DNA of 64,000 nt, from NCBI RefSeq assembly GCF_026571515.1, contig NW_026852869.1, positions 62,001 to 126,000 of the forward strand, given 5' to 3'. The position numbers and the translations under genes were made by a program. Each line of letters starts with the position of its first letter. The stretch's first letter is position 1. Origin of the DNA: Ruditapes philippinarum. Its lineage: Eukaryota. Under the pieces are notes generated by a model that worked only from the letters and a program-made list of their open reading frames with translations, was not told the origin of the DNA and searched no databases. Positions 1 through 11,929 of the stretch are shown in pieces.

Positions 1-187
1 CTACCCATTTCTGTTAGAAAATAATATAGAAAATCCTAATAAGTAGTTTATAGTGTAGATATGGCTCATCACTTTTCAGACAAAAATATGCAATCATAGA
101 TTATACTTAAACGATATGATGAGATGTATTTATTCATATTTTGTATCATTTTGTTTCGATTATGTACTCTTTACATGTCAAAATAAA

Positions 188-534
188 NNNNNNNNNNNNN
201 NNNNNNNNNNNNNNNNNNNNNNNNNNNNNNNNNNNNNNNNNNNNNNNNNNNNNNNNNNNNNNNNNNNNNNNNNNNNNNNNNNNNNNNNNNNNNNNNNNNN
301 NNNNNNNNNNNNNNNNNNNNNNNNNNNNNNNNNNNNNNNNNNNNNNNNNNNNNNNNNNNNNNNNNTAATAATTATGATNNNNNNNNNNNNNNNNNNNNNN
401 NNNNNNNNNNNNNNNNNNNNNNNNNNNNNNNNNNNNNNNNNNNNNNNNNNNNNNNNNNNNNNNNNNNNNNNNNNNNNNNNNNNNNNNNNNNNNNNNNNNN
501 NNNNNNNNNNNNNNNNNNNNNNNNNNNNNNNNNN
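188..534. other. Assembly gaps (N at 188-365 and 379-534); further gaps at 21445-21572 and 51951-52155
   Basis: Runs of N. Confidence 0.99.
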
Positions 535-981
535 AATAAACATAATTTCCATTGTGTTAAAGAATAAATGATTAAACAAAACTTGTTTAAGCTAAATGGT
601 AAGTTAAGAAAAAAATTTAATTATTTAATTACATGCCTCGCACATCAAGCGATATTAAAACCATAGGTGTATCATGGAACAGACATTGCTATACGATTTG
701 CACATGTCTCGTTCTTTAATTGTTTCCTGTTACAATATCCGCAGAGCAACAGTTATTAGGAGACAAAGAGTGTGGTTACTGCTAAGAGATGTTGCTGTCG
801 AGAGGTAAAATAATTATGTTAAAAGTTATTTAATAAAGTAATGATAAAACAATTATAAAAAGGTCATTGCTCTTCAAATGACAGCTCTGTTTTGAAGAGG
901 CTTCACTGTTTATAGAAGACATATGTACAGTTATGAATAAACAACGGCACATGACAAACAATATATTTAAAGTTGTTTGTT

Positions 982-987
982 TTTATT
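982..987 (-). terminator. Probable polyadenylation signal AATAAA of the protease
   Basis: tttatt on the plus strand, ~38 nt downstream of the stop codon. Confidence 0.6.
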
Positions 988-1024
988 TTGCACTTCATCT
1001 TGACAAATAGACATTAAATGTCAT

Positions 1025-1192
1025 CTATATAGCACAATTTCCACATTTTGCATTTACCCAATTGTAGAAAGAAGAAACACGCGCATAGACACTAGGATGT
1101 GTCACGACGCCGTCTTGGTGACATCCATATATAACCCAGGACTTCACACCAACAAGATCATCTCCGCAGACTAACGGTCCACCACTGTCGCC
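1025..1192 (-). CDS. Protease exon 6 (Ser195), absent from the ORF track
   Basis: Acceptor cttaacag; encodes [55 protein letters not shown]; TAG at 1027-1025. Confidence 0.95.
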   Translation of the reverse strand, partial: GDSGGPLVCGDDLVGVKSWVIYGCHQDGVVTHPSVYARVSSFYNWVNAKCGNCAI

Positions 1193-4100
1193 CTGTTAAG
1201 ATTATTTAAAATATTTTATGCAGGAACATTTTTTCATTTTTTTTCAAGAATATAATGAACAACTTAAAAGAAAAGCTTGAATTGAAGTTGCTCCGAGTTT
1301 CTTTATTGATTTTATTTCCGTAAAAAGGGACAGACCGTTTGCAGACAACAATTATCATAAAAAAAAACCACAAAAACAACAAAAAACAAAAACCAAACAA
1401 AACAAAAACGACTAAACAAATGTTTTTGTCAACGAAGTTGCTTTTTGTGGCCATGTTATTTCAACTGTTTAAGTAGCCTTGCAAATCTTGATAAAACTAA
1501 AATGTGCACGCTTATCCAATTTTTCACAATGGCATATCATCAATCATAACAAAAGATGCACAGTAACTGTATACATGTATAACAAATTTAAATTACTTGA
1601 TGTACACGGTGACATAATAAACATACATTTCTGCTGTCCATACGGCATCACCTGACTTCCATGCAAAATATCTAATACTTCTTGGCTATATTGTCTAAGG
1701 GTAATGGAATTTCATTTGTCAAAAGGAAAGCGTTTTCAATCAGACATGTAATACATTTACTTCACAAAGTGTTTGCTTTCTTCATATCCGGCACTTATAT
1801 CAGCATATCATCATTACGTTTCCTTTTACGAAGTACAAAACGTGTTAATGCTACAAATATTGGAGACTTCAATATCGATATTGTTGATGTTGAAAGTGAC
1901 CCTCGTCTGAACACATCTGCGTATGTTTCACCATTTTTATGTTTCAATCAAACGCCACTAACACCGGCTGAAGCAGTATTGAACATTTAAACATTTAATG
2001 GTGTAATTCTGAAAATGTAAAAATACCCAGATGTGTTCATGCAAAGGAGATCAGAACTCACGGTGCATGATCCACTTCCTTCAATGGTATCGTAACCTTT
2101 GACACAGACATGTTGAGAAAGAACGTTCTGATCTCCCCAGTAGTACACACATTGACCATACGATAATACAGACACGTCTGTTTTCTTCAGTTTTGAAGCA
2201 GCTGAACCGTCAACTTTGAAAAGGCATAGAGATACAATACAGTAAAAATGAAGAAACACATTGTATATGTCAAATATTCAAATGTTCTGACAAGGGTTTT
2301 GATATATTTTTAGAAATTTACCTATACATTATATAACTAATTTGAAGCTTGAAAAGTTATTATTCGTTGCAATCGTAGAGGATTGTATACCAAGCAAGGA
2401 ATCTCTATGTTGACAAAATTATGACATGCGATGAACTAAGGTGTATTACCTTTCGTTCCCCACCCAGATATTGTACATATTTGGTTAGAATAATCATAGG
2501 CTCCCCTTGCAAGCCGTATAATGTTCCTAGAGATGTTATATCCATTCGTCGTCAATCTTAGAAGTGCTATATCATTTGGGAGAGCTCCAGAACCCGTGTT
2601 ATAGTCTTCATGCTGTGACAAAATATATTCTGTCAATTGCCAATAGCCATGGAATAGCCGTTGATATGAGTTCAACCATAAATGGTCATTAACAAGACAG
2701 ACTTTATTTTTTGTTTGCAATTAAGTGTTTTAGATATATGTAAACACAGACTTTGAAATGAAAAATGTATCTGATTGAGTGACATCCACAAAGCCTTTTT
2801 GCGCATGTTTTCATGAGTTGATTTTATTTGTTTTTCACAATTTATTTTTCTGTTTGAATGGCACGCATCGGAATATTCTTACTGGGTGAAGGATAACTTT
2901 AGGTGCTCCTCCGTGCATTATTTCAAGGACGAGCTAACCACCGAGTAAGATTTCAACGTTTCGTGAGCTATCTAGCTTCATCATATGAAAGAATCATACA
3001 TCAAACACACACCGGTGAAGGGCAAGTGGTTTGAAGTCTTAACCACTCGGTCACGGACGTCTAAGCATCTAGTGATAACTTAAGCGACCCTAAAATTGGC
3101 TAGCTAAATTATTTTGAGTAAACATGATAAAGACACCATCTCAGTATGCTTGAAATCAACTTAAATTAGTACGATAAGTGTCTCTTACATACATGGGAAC
3201 TAACAAAACGCCTAAATAATTTATTACAGCGAACTTAAAGAGCAAATAGCCAAGAAATGTGTTATTTAAATTATAACATGTATGTAGGATATTTCGATCG
3301 ATTATTAAACATCTTACAATAATGATTTCATCAATGTAGAACCACAAGTAATCTACTCCAAGTGTTCCGGGGTTCTGGTAGTCGTGAAGATTTAGAACTA
3401 TCGCTACTAATTCTGTGGACCTATATTTTGAATACAGATTTAAAAGTGTATACGAGCGTATGCTCAAGCACTTGAATGAGATAGTTTGAAAGAGAAACTA
3501 TTACCACGAATCAATAAAATGTTATAATGTTTGAGTATGTGCAGTACTACTAAGTAGTTGGTAAAATGTTGGTAAAACTAAACTAATTTTACAATCAGCT
3601 TAAATAATGTTTACTTTCTCATATTATTGTAAAGATATATTGTATAATACAAATAAAATTCGGTTTTATGATGTATGTGTATGTCGTTATTCAAAATTAC
3701 CTGCCCTCGACACAATGAGCAGCTGTAATTGCCCAGTCTTGAGCGATAACAGATGCACCACATAAGTGGTAGCCTTCATACAGGAGTGCCGCCTGATGGG
3801 GAAATTCACCCTTTTCTGCTTCTACTCCGTTTATGATCTTTGATGATGCATGAAGAGAGTTGCTAAGAAACCGAACACCAGCCTCCTTAGATGCATCCAC
3901 AGCTTTGAAAATAAAAATATAATATGTATATATAATAATTGACATTTGCGCCTGTTTAGATTTGCTTTATATTTTAGACTAGCAACACTTTACAACATAA
4001 AACATATAAATGAAAATCTTGATATTACAAGCTTTAAACAAGGCTCCTTTTTTGCTGGCGATATAAATGAATAAGTTAAAAAATAAACAAATATATGACT

Positions 4101-4680
4101 AATTAACTTAAATATAAACACATAAATAAATAAATAAATAAAAATAACTGAATTAATATATTAAATATGTATTCATTTATTTATAATTAGATATTCATTT
4201 AAAATAAATATAAATTTATTAAAAAATAATTAATATTATAATGAATAACCAAAACATGAGCTGTTTAAAGGCAGTTATTACATTAGGAAATGATACAAAT
4301 TTTGATCTGATAATTATTGATCTGAAAAAGAAAATAACTGACAAATTTTATCTGGGAAATATTTATCTGACAAATAGAAGAGTATGCAGAAGCAGAGTTA
4401 AAAATGATATTAAATAAACAGAAACAAAAAATACAGTCAAATCTTTATTGAATCACCATTTAAATGTAATTTTTACTCTACTACTCTTTAACTTGCCTAC
4501 ACTCGTTAATTGATCATGATTATTATTGACGAATTTTCTTTTGAAGTTTCCACAAAGATTTGCATACCAGCATCGAATGTACATATTTATGAAGATAACT
4601 TAGAAAATAAAAAAAAGAAAGAAAAATCACTCACCGATAGATCCACAGAACACAGAGTATACGTAAAATATCAACATCAT
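1025..4680 (-). CDS. Secreted S1A serine protease (chymotrypsin/elastase-like; resembles molluscan chymotrypsin-like and annelid fibrinolytic enzymes), 6 exons, 277 aa: join(4635-4680,3701-3902,3318-3420,2450-2612,2062-2213,1025-1192)
   Basis: All five introns are GT-AG with consistent phases (1,2,0,1,0); the spliced CDS is 834 nt and open. It shows a hydrophobic leader [16 protein letters not shown], activation site SK|IINGVEA, and catalytic triad motifs TAAHC, NDIALL and GDSGGP. C-terminal [14 protein letters not shown]. Confidence 0.95.
2062..2213 (-). CDS. Protease exon 5
   Basis: Acceptor ccttttcaaag; encodes [51 protein letters not shown]; donor GTGAGT. Confidence 0.95.
2450..2612 (-). 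CDS. Protease exon 4 (Asp102)
   Basis: Acceptor ttttgtcacag; encodes [20 protein letters not shown]...[10 protein letters not shown]; donor GTAAT. Confidence 0.95.
2855..3062 (-). mobile_element. Degenerate SINE family 1 copy in protease intron 3
   Basis: Contains aggtgctcctccgtgcattatttca and ggcaagtggtttgaagtcttaaccactcggtcacggac. Confidence 0.8.
3318..3420 (-). CDS. Protease exon 3
   Basis: Acceptor aaatatag; encodes [35 protein letters not shown]; donor GTAAGA. Confidence 0.9.
3701..3902 (-). CDS. Protease exon 2 (propeptide, IINGV N-terminus, His57)
   Basis: Acceptor ttttcaaag; encodes AVDASKEA...[45 protein letters not shown]; donor GTAAT. Confidence 0.95.
4635..4680 (-). CDS. Protease exon 1 (signal peptide)
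   Basis: ATG ATG TTG ATA TTT TAC... encodes [15 protein letters not shown] + G, followed by donor GTGAGT (plus strand actcac 4629-4634). The phase fits exon 2. Confidence 0.8.
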
Positions 4681-4734
4681 CTTTTGAATGATTAAATATG
4701 ACCAAAACATTGTGGTATCGCCAACGTTATTGTC

Positions 4735-4741
4735 CTTATCA
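4735..4741 (-). promoter_or_regulatory. Candidate GATA site (TGATAAG) just upstream of the protease start codon
   Basis: WGATAR match ~55 nt upstream of the ATG. It is mutated (cttacc, 20353-20358) in the pseudogene copy. The motif is short, so support is weak. Confidence 0.3.
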
Positions 4742-5367
4742 TGTTCAGTGCGTGTTAAAGCATGTGATACAAAGCAGGTGACACTATCAAGTAATTTTGT
4801 GATGGCTATAGACGAATAACTATAACATACTTAAACAATCTATTAAGAAATTTTGATACAATTAATCTTTCTAAAGTGTCTTACTTAAAACACAACAATT
4901 TTAATATTGCTGTGAAGGAGTCAATCCGTAAGTGTGGGACAAAAACATATTGCGAAACAAATTTTTCACCTTTAACAAGACGTTTAATAAAACGTTGATA
5001 TATAACGCTATACGTGTTGTTCATGAAACATACTAGTACTATGAAATATAATCAACATGTATTATCCAGTAAGCATAAATAATTCTAAAAATGTAGTTTG
5101 AATGCCGTTTAAGTTGTGAAATTAATCGCACGCCATATTAGCAATTAAAAGGCAGCATGACATACATAAGATGAACCAAATGAACCAAAAGAAGCTGGCA
5201 ATTCAGTGTTGATATAAGTACGGGGCGATGTCGCAGAACACTGATCCACGTTAATTTAATTCGAAAGCGGTGAGAAACAAGACAAAGTAAGTAATAATCG
5301 AGCTAAATCAAATGCAAATGATATTTTGCTTAATCAGTGTACCAGTATATACCTAATTCCAGCTTAA

Positions 5368-5989
5368 CCTTTTCCCTTATATAAGCGTGTTTCGACGGCT
5401 TTTTGCCCCCCCCCCCCTTTTTGAGGCCTCAAACAGTGAAAAAATGTCCTATTTAGACCCAAAACACTGTTTTTCGTTTGAGAAATGTTGTTAAAAAAGT
5501 GACCATTTTTTCGGCGCCGTCCCCCATCCAAATAATACATCAGGGGGTTGCCAGAAGGGGGATGTGCTCCCTTCTGTTTGGGGGGTTTGAAGGGGGGCGG
5601 AGTCCCCCTCATCGCCAAGAAAATTTTGGACTTGTGAGAGGCTTAAAATGTCCCCAGGTTGATCATAAGGTAATGTGTAACCAACGCTGAAAAGCCTTTG
5701 ACTCTATCTCAATCCCTTGAGAAGTTGCAGCACTTTGAAATAAAATTTGATGGAAAAAATCGAGGCAAAAAAGTGATTTTTGGCAATTTTGAGATGTCCC
5801 CTCGTTGCCATGGTAACAGGAAATTTAAGACTGAGCATGTCGTAACAAAGGCAATGGTCCAGTCAACATTTGTGCCAAGTTTGATTAGTATTGAAGCATT
5901 TGTTATAGTTTCATAGCAGTTTGAACTTGTAAGAGGAGGCTTTTCAGTGAAAATGGCCATTTTTCACAATATGCTCATGGGGGAAAGGG
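5368..5989 (+). mobile_element. Non-autonomous piggyBac-type MITE (622 bp), unit 1 of a composite insertion
   Basis: Flanked by TTAA at 5364-5367 and 5990-5993. Imperfect TIR CCTTTTCCCTTAT / ATGGGGGAAAGGG. Copy B has the empty TTAA site at 21197-21200. Confidence 0.85.
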
Positions 5990-6114
5990 TTAACTAAAAA
6001 ATTTTAAATGTTACAAAACAACAATTTTTCACCAAAATTATGTAAAAGACCACATGTTAACATGGAAAAACTAGATTTTGGGTGATTCCAAGGTTTTTCA
6101 TCATTTTTTGTTAA

Positions 6115-6736
6115 CCTTTTCCCTTATATAAGCGTGTTTCGACGGCTTTTTGACCCCCCCCCCTTTTTGAGGCCTCAAACAGTGCAAAAATGTCCTATTT
6201 AGACCCCAAACACTGTTTTTCGTTTGAGAAATGTTGTTAAAAAAAGTGACCATTTTTTCGGCGCCGTCCCCCATCCAAATAATACATCAGGGGGTTGCCA
6301 GAAGGGGGATGTGCCCCCTTGTGTTTGGGGGGTTTGAAGGGGGGCGGAGTCCCCCTCATCGCCAAGAAAATTTTGGACTTGTGAGAGGCTTAAAATGTCC
6401 CCAGGTTGATCATAAGGTAACGTGTAGCCAACGCTGAAAAGCCTTTGACTCTATCTCAATCCCTTGAGAAGTTGCAGCACTTTGAAATAAAATTTGATGG
6501 AAAAAATCGAGGCAAAAAAGTGATTTTTGGCAATTTTGAGATGTCCCCTCGTTGCCATGGTAACAGGAAATTTAAGACTGAGCATGTCGTTACAAAGGCA
6601 ATGGTCCAGTTAACATTTGAGCCAAGTTTGATTAGTATTGAAGCATTTGTTATAGTTTCATAGCAGTTTGAACTTGTCAGAGGAGGCTTTTCAGTGAAAA
6701 TGGCCATTTTTCACAATATGCTCATGGGGGAAAGGG
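6115..6736 (+). mobile_element. piggyBac-type MITE (622 bp), unit 2 of the composite insertion
   Basis: TTAA at 6111-6114 and 6737-6740. Near-identical to unit 1, with scattered substitutions. Confidence 0.85.
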
Positions 6737-7149
6737 TTAAGTATCTAAGTAAATGATCCACAAAATTAATTGATATATTCAAATACCAGTTCATCACTTC
6801 TAATTCATTGTCACCTATTATCTATACTATACTATCATGACATTATAGGACGTTCTATAATAGCCATATTGTTCCCATGATTTGATGATTGTATGAAACG
6901 AATTTTTTTCTCTTTTTGATTACATAGTTATGTCTTTGTAACGGCTTTTTTGTGTTTGCTGATGCCAAAATAACTAGCTCAAACGGCTTAAAAAAGCATT
7001 CTTTTCCTAGGCTATTAAAACTATTTGCACGATAAATTATCCCGTTCCAAATGTCGTTTTCACGAATTAAATATAAACATACACAAGTGTTCAGGTGGGC
7101 TAGTGTGCCTAAGGTTAGTGATTCTTCCCAGGGACCAGAAATATCATTT

Positions 7150-8700
7150 AGTTAAAGAACGCTATCAAATGAGAATTAACTTTCACCGCAATCGTTAAAG
7201 TGTTTCATGATGTATTTTTAATGTTTAAATAGCTGTACTAATTGGTTTAAAGTACCAAAACGACAATAATATAATTATTATAACAAAGAAGACTAAATTA
7301 ATATAATATCTTTTCTGGACTAATAACACCGTGTTTGACCTTTCTGTGAAACAATTATAGTTGAAGAATAAATAGGCTCTCAAATATTAAACATATGAAA
7401 CAAACAAACGCAGTAAATGACGAAACAAACAAAAAACAACAATAGCAACAACAAAAAAAAATATTTTATTTATTTGAATGTTATTTGGAATCGACTCTAA
7501 CAACGGTACTCCTATGTTAAAATGTATAGTTTTATATTTGAAAAATAGAATTGCAAAACAAGAAAACCCGTGCTCACAGAATAAGAATAATGTTATAGAC
7601 AATTTATGCGTATAAAGTTGTTTTACAGACTTTATTTTTATTCAAAGATAATGTCATTATGCCATTTCATACCTATTCTGATGGAAATTTGCTAATGCGT
7701 AAGGCATACACTCAAATTTGGCAAAGGGGATGCATAAATTGTTTTCAAAATAACGACAATAAACTAAATTCATCCTTAATGCCATACCAAAACAGTTTAA
7801 AAGAAAATAAGTCATAAACTATTGTGATTTTGCTTTTTTTTCATAATTTATTTATTTATTTTACATTTATAAGGTTGATAAAGTGTACTTGAAACACCAC
7901 TATAAATAAAATGTTATTTTATAACTATGAAATGAAAACAACACAATACTAATTTTTGAGGATTTTAAAGCCCCTGACCCTAAAACATAATTATACTTGT
8001 GTATGAGATGGTTTTTTATCAAGCATGGAATTGCCAGTACAATAAGTTACAGGAATCGTGATGAACATTGATATGGTCAAAATGAACTAATCAAAATAAA
8101 AAAGGGAGGTAATTATAAATGAAATATCTAAAAATGTTGTACCTATTCTGTGTAAAAATAGTTAAATAAATGAAAAGCGAAATTATATTCAGAAAAATCA
8201 CCAATGTGGAATATATTGTTTTATTATTATATATTTCTTATACACATACAAATACTTATACTTATGTGTATACTTTAATAAAATACTCTTAATTTACAAC
8301 GAATATAAACTTTTCAAATGAATTAAAGCGTTCCTGAAAAAAATGAGCTCTCTCTTTTGTCACAACAGCCAGTAATATATGAAATTTGTAGTCATTAATT
8401 ATAAGCAAATATATATTTGCTATGTTTTTCTGCCCTCGAATTAACTTATTGACATTTCGGTACTTGTTTCCCTAGAAATTTGTGATTCAATTTCTATCAA
8501 TGACAGCATCACTTTGTTTTAACGTTACAAAATTACACACACTGTCTCTCATCAGCTCTTTATACATTTATTTCCCTCTCTCTCTCTGTTTTGTCAATTT
8601 TGACTTGTAATAAAACAATTGGAAACAAAAGAAGGATGTGTCAAAAGAATGCTATACAAGTGATTTGAACAAGATAACATTTTGACATGCCCTTTATTAT
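7150..8700 (+). pseudogene. Fossil STAND NTPase (nSTAND3-like) module; paralogue at ~21880-23450
   Basis: IAVLIG (7229-7246, strand preceding Walker A), ILFI*MLFG (7463-7489, Walker B-like) and FCH..IYEICSH (~8355-8394, winged-helix-like, frameshifted). Confidence 0.4.
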
Positions 8701-9037
8701 ATGATCCTAAGAATGGACTGTTGTAAGATGATAATATGGTTATAATATATGTATGTATTGTACGTTCATTTGTACTGAATTTTATTGGACGAGTACACGG
8801 CAATAAAATAACTATATATTGGAAGATCCAGTCGTTCGCATTGTAAAACAACTTCGAAACGTACAATTATACTGAATTCGGAAAATGAATCTTAATAGAA
8901 ATGGACCCATAGACCCATATACTAATATACTAAAATCGCACGGTGCAAACGCTTCCTTAAATGTTATTTCAATATTTGTTATCAAAAAGGATAATCATAC
9001 GACGACACAATGCATAACTTGCTTGCAGACAGTTCTG

Positions 9038-9171
9038 CTTTCAAAATTGGTAGTTTAGCGCGGAGGAAGGTAGTCTAGTACTGGTGTAACTCTCCAGGAA
9101 CGATGGTTAGGAAACTACCCGCTTATATGACTGAAATACTGTTGGGAAAAGGCGTAAAATAAAACAAACAA
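9038..9171 (+). mobile_element. 5'-truncated SINE family 2 with 9-bp TSD (paralogue at 23791-23917)
   Basis: Matches 63680-63810. Direct repeat ACAGTTCTG at 9029-9037 and 9172-9180 (23782-23790 and 23918-23926 in copy B). Confidence 0.85.
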
Positions 9172-10449
9172 ACAGTTCTGACAATAACAAAAGTTTTATC
9201 TAAGAATATATGTTTAAAAGAATATTCTATCGGGTCACTCGTTTTAAGGCTTCAGTATTGTATTGTATATGTGAATGTCTAACTCCGCCAATAACAAACA
9301 ATATTTATATAAAGTGGGAGTGTTTCGGTCGTCAGCAAAAAAATTTCTTCTAGAAAATGCCTTAATAATCTGCTTCCAGAATTAATAATATCACCAAATT
9401 TTCATGATGAAGTTTTGTTTATTCTCATAAAACAATAATGTATCAGGTTATTTACACATTGTAATTAAAGGGAAATTTATTACTATATTTGTTTGCGTAT
9501 TTTATCATGTTACATGTTATAAATCATTATTGTTTAGATAATTGGTTTGATATTTTGAGTCTTTCTACGGTGAAAAATGGAGCCTCCGTTATCGAGTGTT
9601 TGGAGCTATTGTTTCAGAAACACTTGCATTTAAGATGTTTTCGAATCCTATCATTTCTTATGAAAGAGCAGTGATTTTTTTGTCTTTTTAATGAAAATAT
9701 CCACCTAGCGTTCGGATGGAAGATGATTCTAATGATGTGGACAAGTTTATGGAAGAGTGCTGGTTCTATTTATTTATATATTTAATAATATGTAAAACGG
9801 ATATCTTTTTCTTTACTTGTTTGTAAAGGTGGTGACGAATCAACGGGCCGGACAACTGTGTATAAACCAAAGTACTTCAGCACATAGGTGAATTAAAACT
9901 TATTTTGTATCATTGTTTGGAGAAAACTGTTGAAAATGTGTCAGGGTTAAATCGTATACATACACATGCACAGTGCGTTAACTGGAGTGCGGGTATTAGT
10001 TACCCGCCCATTGATTGGCTCATTTTTGCTGGGGTTTACATATTTTGACGGCAGAGAAAGGGAAAGCGACAGAAATGTCATATTCAGATGTTCGTTCATT
10101 TGTTCATTTGTTCATTTTTGTCGGGGTTTCATATTGTGACAACAGGGAACGTGCTTTTATGTTTGACTATGATTCCAAAGAGAAAGAACACCAAAACACT
10201 CGGCAATCTGATTAATACGCCCCCTCGTACAAATCAGATATCCTTGTGTTTCGGTGCTCTTTCTATTACTTATATGGTGATATCAATGATTACTTATCAT
10301 GAAAAAAATATAATTTGTTTAGGAGAAGGCATATGTGATATCCTACTCTTAAATGTGTTTTTACTGGATTTATATTTTTTGAAATGACTGTTGCCATTAC
10401 CGCAAATTGGCTTTTTATTTACTTATTTACTTTTTTTTGCAAATCAATA

Positions 10450-11650
10450 CACAGTTTGAATGATAGACAATAAGGTTCATGACTGTCAAACAAAATGAAC
10501 AATAGAAAACCATTAATTTATGATATGCATTCAAAATTGACGTTACTTCCAGATTTTATCATTTGTTCATATCGTGTTGTCTGTCAAACATGCCAACAGA
10601 AATATTCCCTCGACGGATATCATTTTACTATCAGTGATTTTAATGCTGTGTAATGCTGTTATCTGGCAAGTTGCATAAACTGTTCGGTGACAAAAGCATT
10701 GCCATGAGTACAATGTAATGTAATTTGCTTTGTACACATATCTCAATATATATTTATTGCATTTATAGTTACATAACCAAGAAAGTATACATATCCAAGA
10801 AAGTAAAAGAAACAATTCTATATATTATTAATTATAATCTTTAACTATTCAAACTTGATAAATAATACATATTAGTCAAAGTCTTTGCCTGACAGACAAG
10901 CAGTGAACAAATATTACATAACTGTATTTTATACTTCTATTTTGACAAATAACCAAAAAATGCCTAAATTTGTTTTTGAGATAAGATAGAAACATAGCGA
11001 ATTGAATTCTAGTGACGTTAATTGTATAAACATTAACGAAGCAAAATAATATTTAAAGCTACAACATTATATTTTGAAAAAGAGATTTCCTCAGTCTTTA
11101 AAAGCTAAATTTTATGATAAAATATCAAACTTCATAATGTCATTCTGAAAGTATAAGTGAATTAAACGTGTCATAATGCTTCTTTTAGTATTTAGTTGAG
11201 AGTGTAAAGTGTATTGTGCAAAATGATATTAATTGTTGCATATACTTAAAAACGTGGATGCAAATAGGGGCATATTGAAAGTGAAACATAATTATACCAA
11301 ATGCAAAAAATCAAACAAACAAGTATGAATATAATCATGTTCCATTATTAAAAACCTAAAAAGATGATCTTTAATTTAACAGTAAAAATAATCATTATCT
11401 ATTTGTAAATGTTTTCTTAAATAAATTTTAGTTACCTGAAGACTTGTACAAATGAAGCATGTTCTTGCTTATTAAAATTAATTCATAACCAAATGTAAAA
11501 TAATTTCATTTAAAGTGAATTGTTTCTTTATTATTAACACATGCCATCGCCGCCGATTTTAATCTCTATTTTTTGTCTTAACCCTTGCCCAATTTATCCG
11601 TCACAAACATACTACAAATAACATCAGCTTACTGTTTAAACAAACTTTAA
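10450..11650 (+). pseudogene. Fossil STAND-like module; paralogue at ~24830-26030
   Basis: HKLFGDKS (~10674-10697), SLCLTDKQ (10880-10903) and RFPQSL..FYDKISNFI..VIMLLLVF (11083-11195), in the expected order. Confidence 0.35.
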
Positions 11651-11929
11651 GGCTGATTATTCTCATTTTTATAAGAAATGAATGATCGTTTTTTTTTTGT
11701 GCCAATGCTGCCTAGCAATTGACACATATACGTATCAAACTCGCTGCTTTTCAAACTATTTATTCTGTGAACCGAGTTGTTCCTATGACATACATTTTAA
11801 CGATGCAAACGTTTTAAACGAAATGATATCTCTATTTAACAAGTACTTTATTGTATGTTCTCCTATCACTTACCTAAAGAATTAGTCTTCGGTACATCGG
11901 TTGAATGTTTCACGACCACTCAATTCACA

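Noticed and set aside
116-579. ORFs spanning N runs (also 21350-21693 and 51927-52377)
   Set aside because: Artefacts of assembly gaps and microsatellite sequence.
1682-1990. 102-aa ORF with IGDFNID, resembling the LINE endonuclease GDFN motif
   Set aside because: It is a single short motif with no other endonuclease or RT motifs, a non-ATG start, and an antisense position within protease intron 5. A decayed TE fragment cannot be excluded.
5364-6707. Duplicated ORFs of 68-84 aa
   Set aside because: They lie within the MITE units, overlap on both strands and show no transposase motifs.
9489-9890. 61-aa ORF preserved in both copies (9489-9674 and 24240-24425) and a possible exon at ~9829-9887
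   Set aside because: Preservation is expected from the high identity of the duplicates here. The start is non-ATG, no domain is recognisable and no consistent splice model was found.
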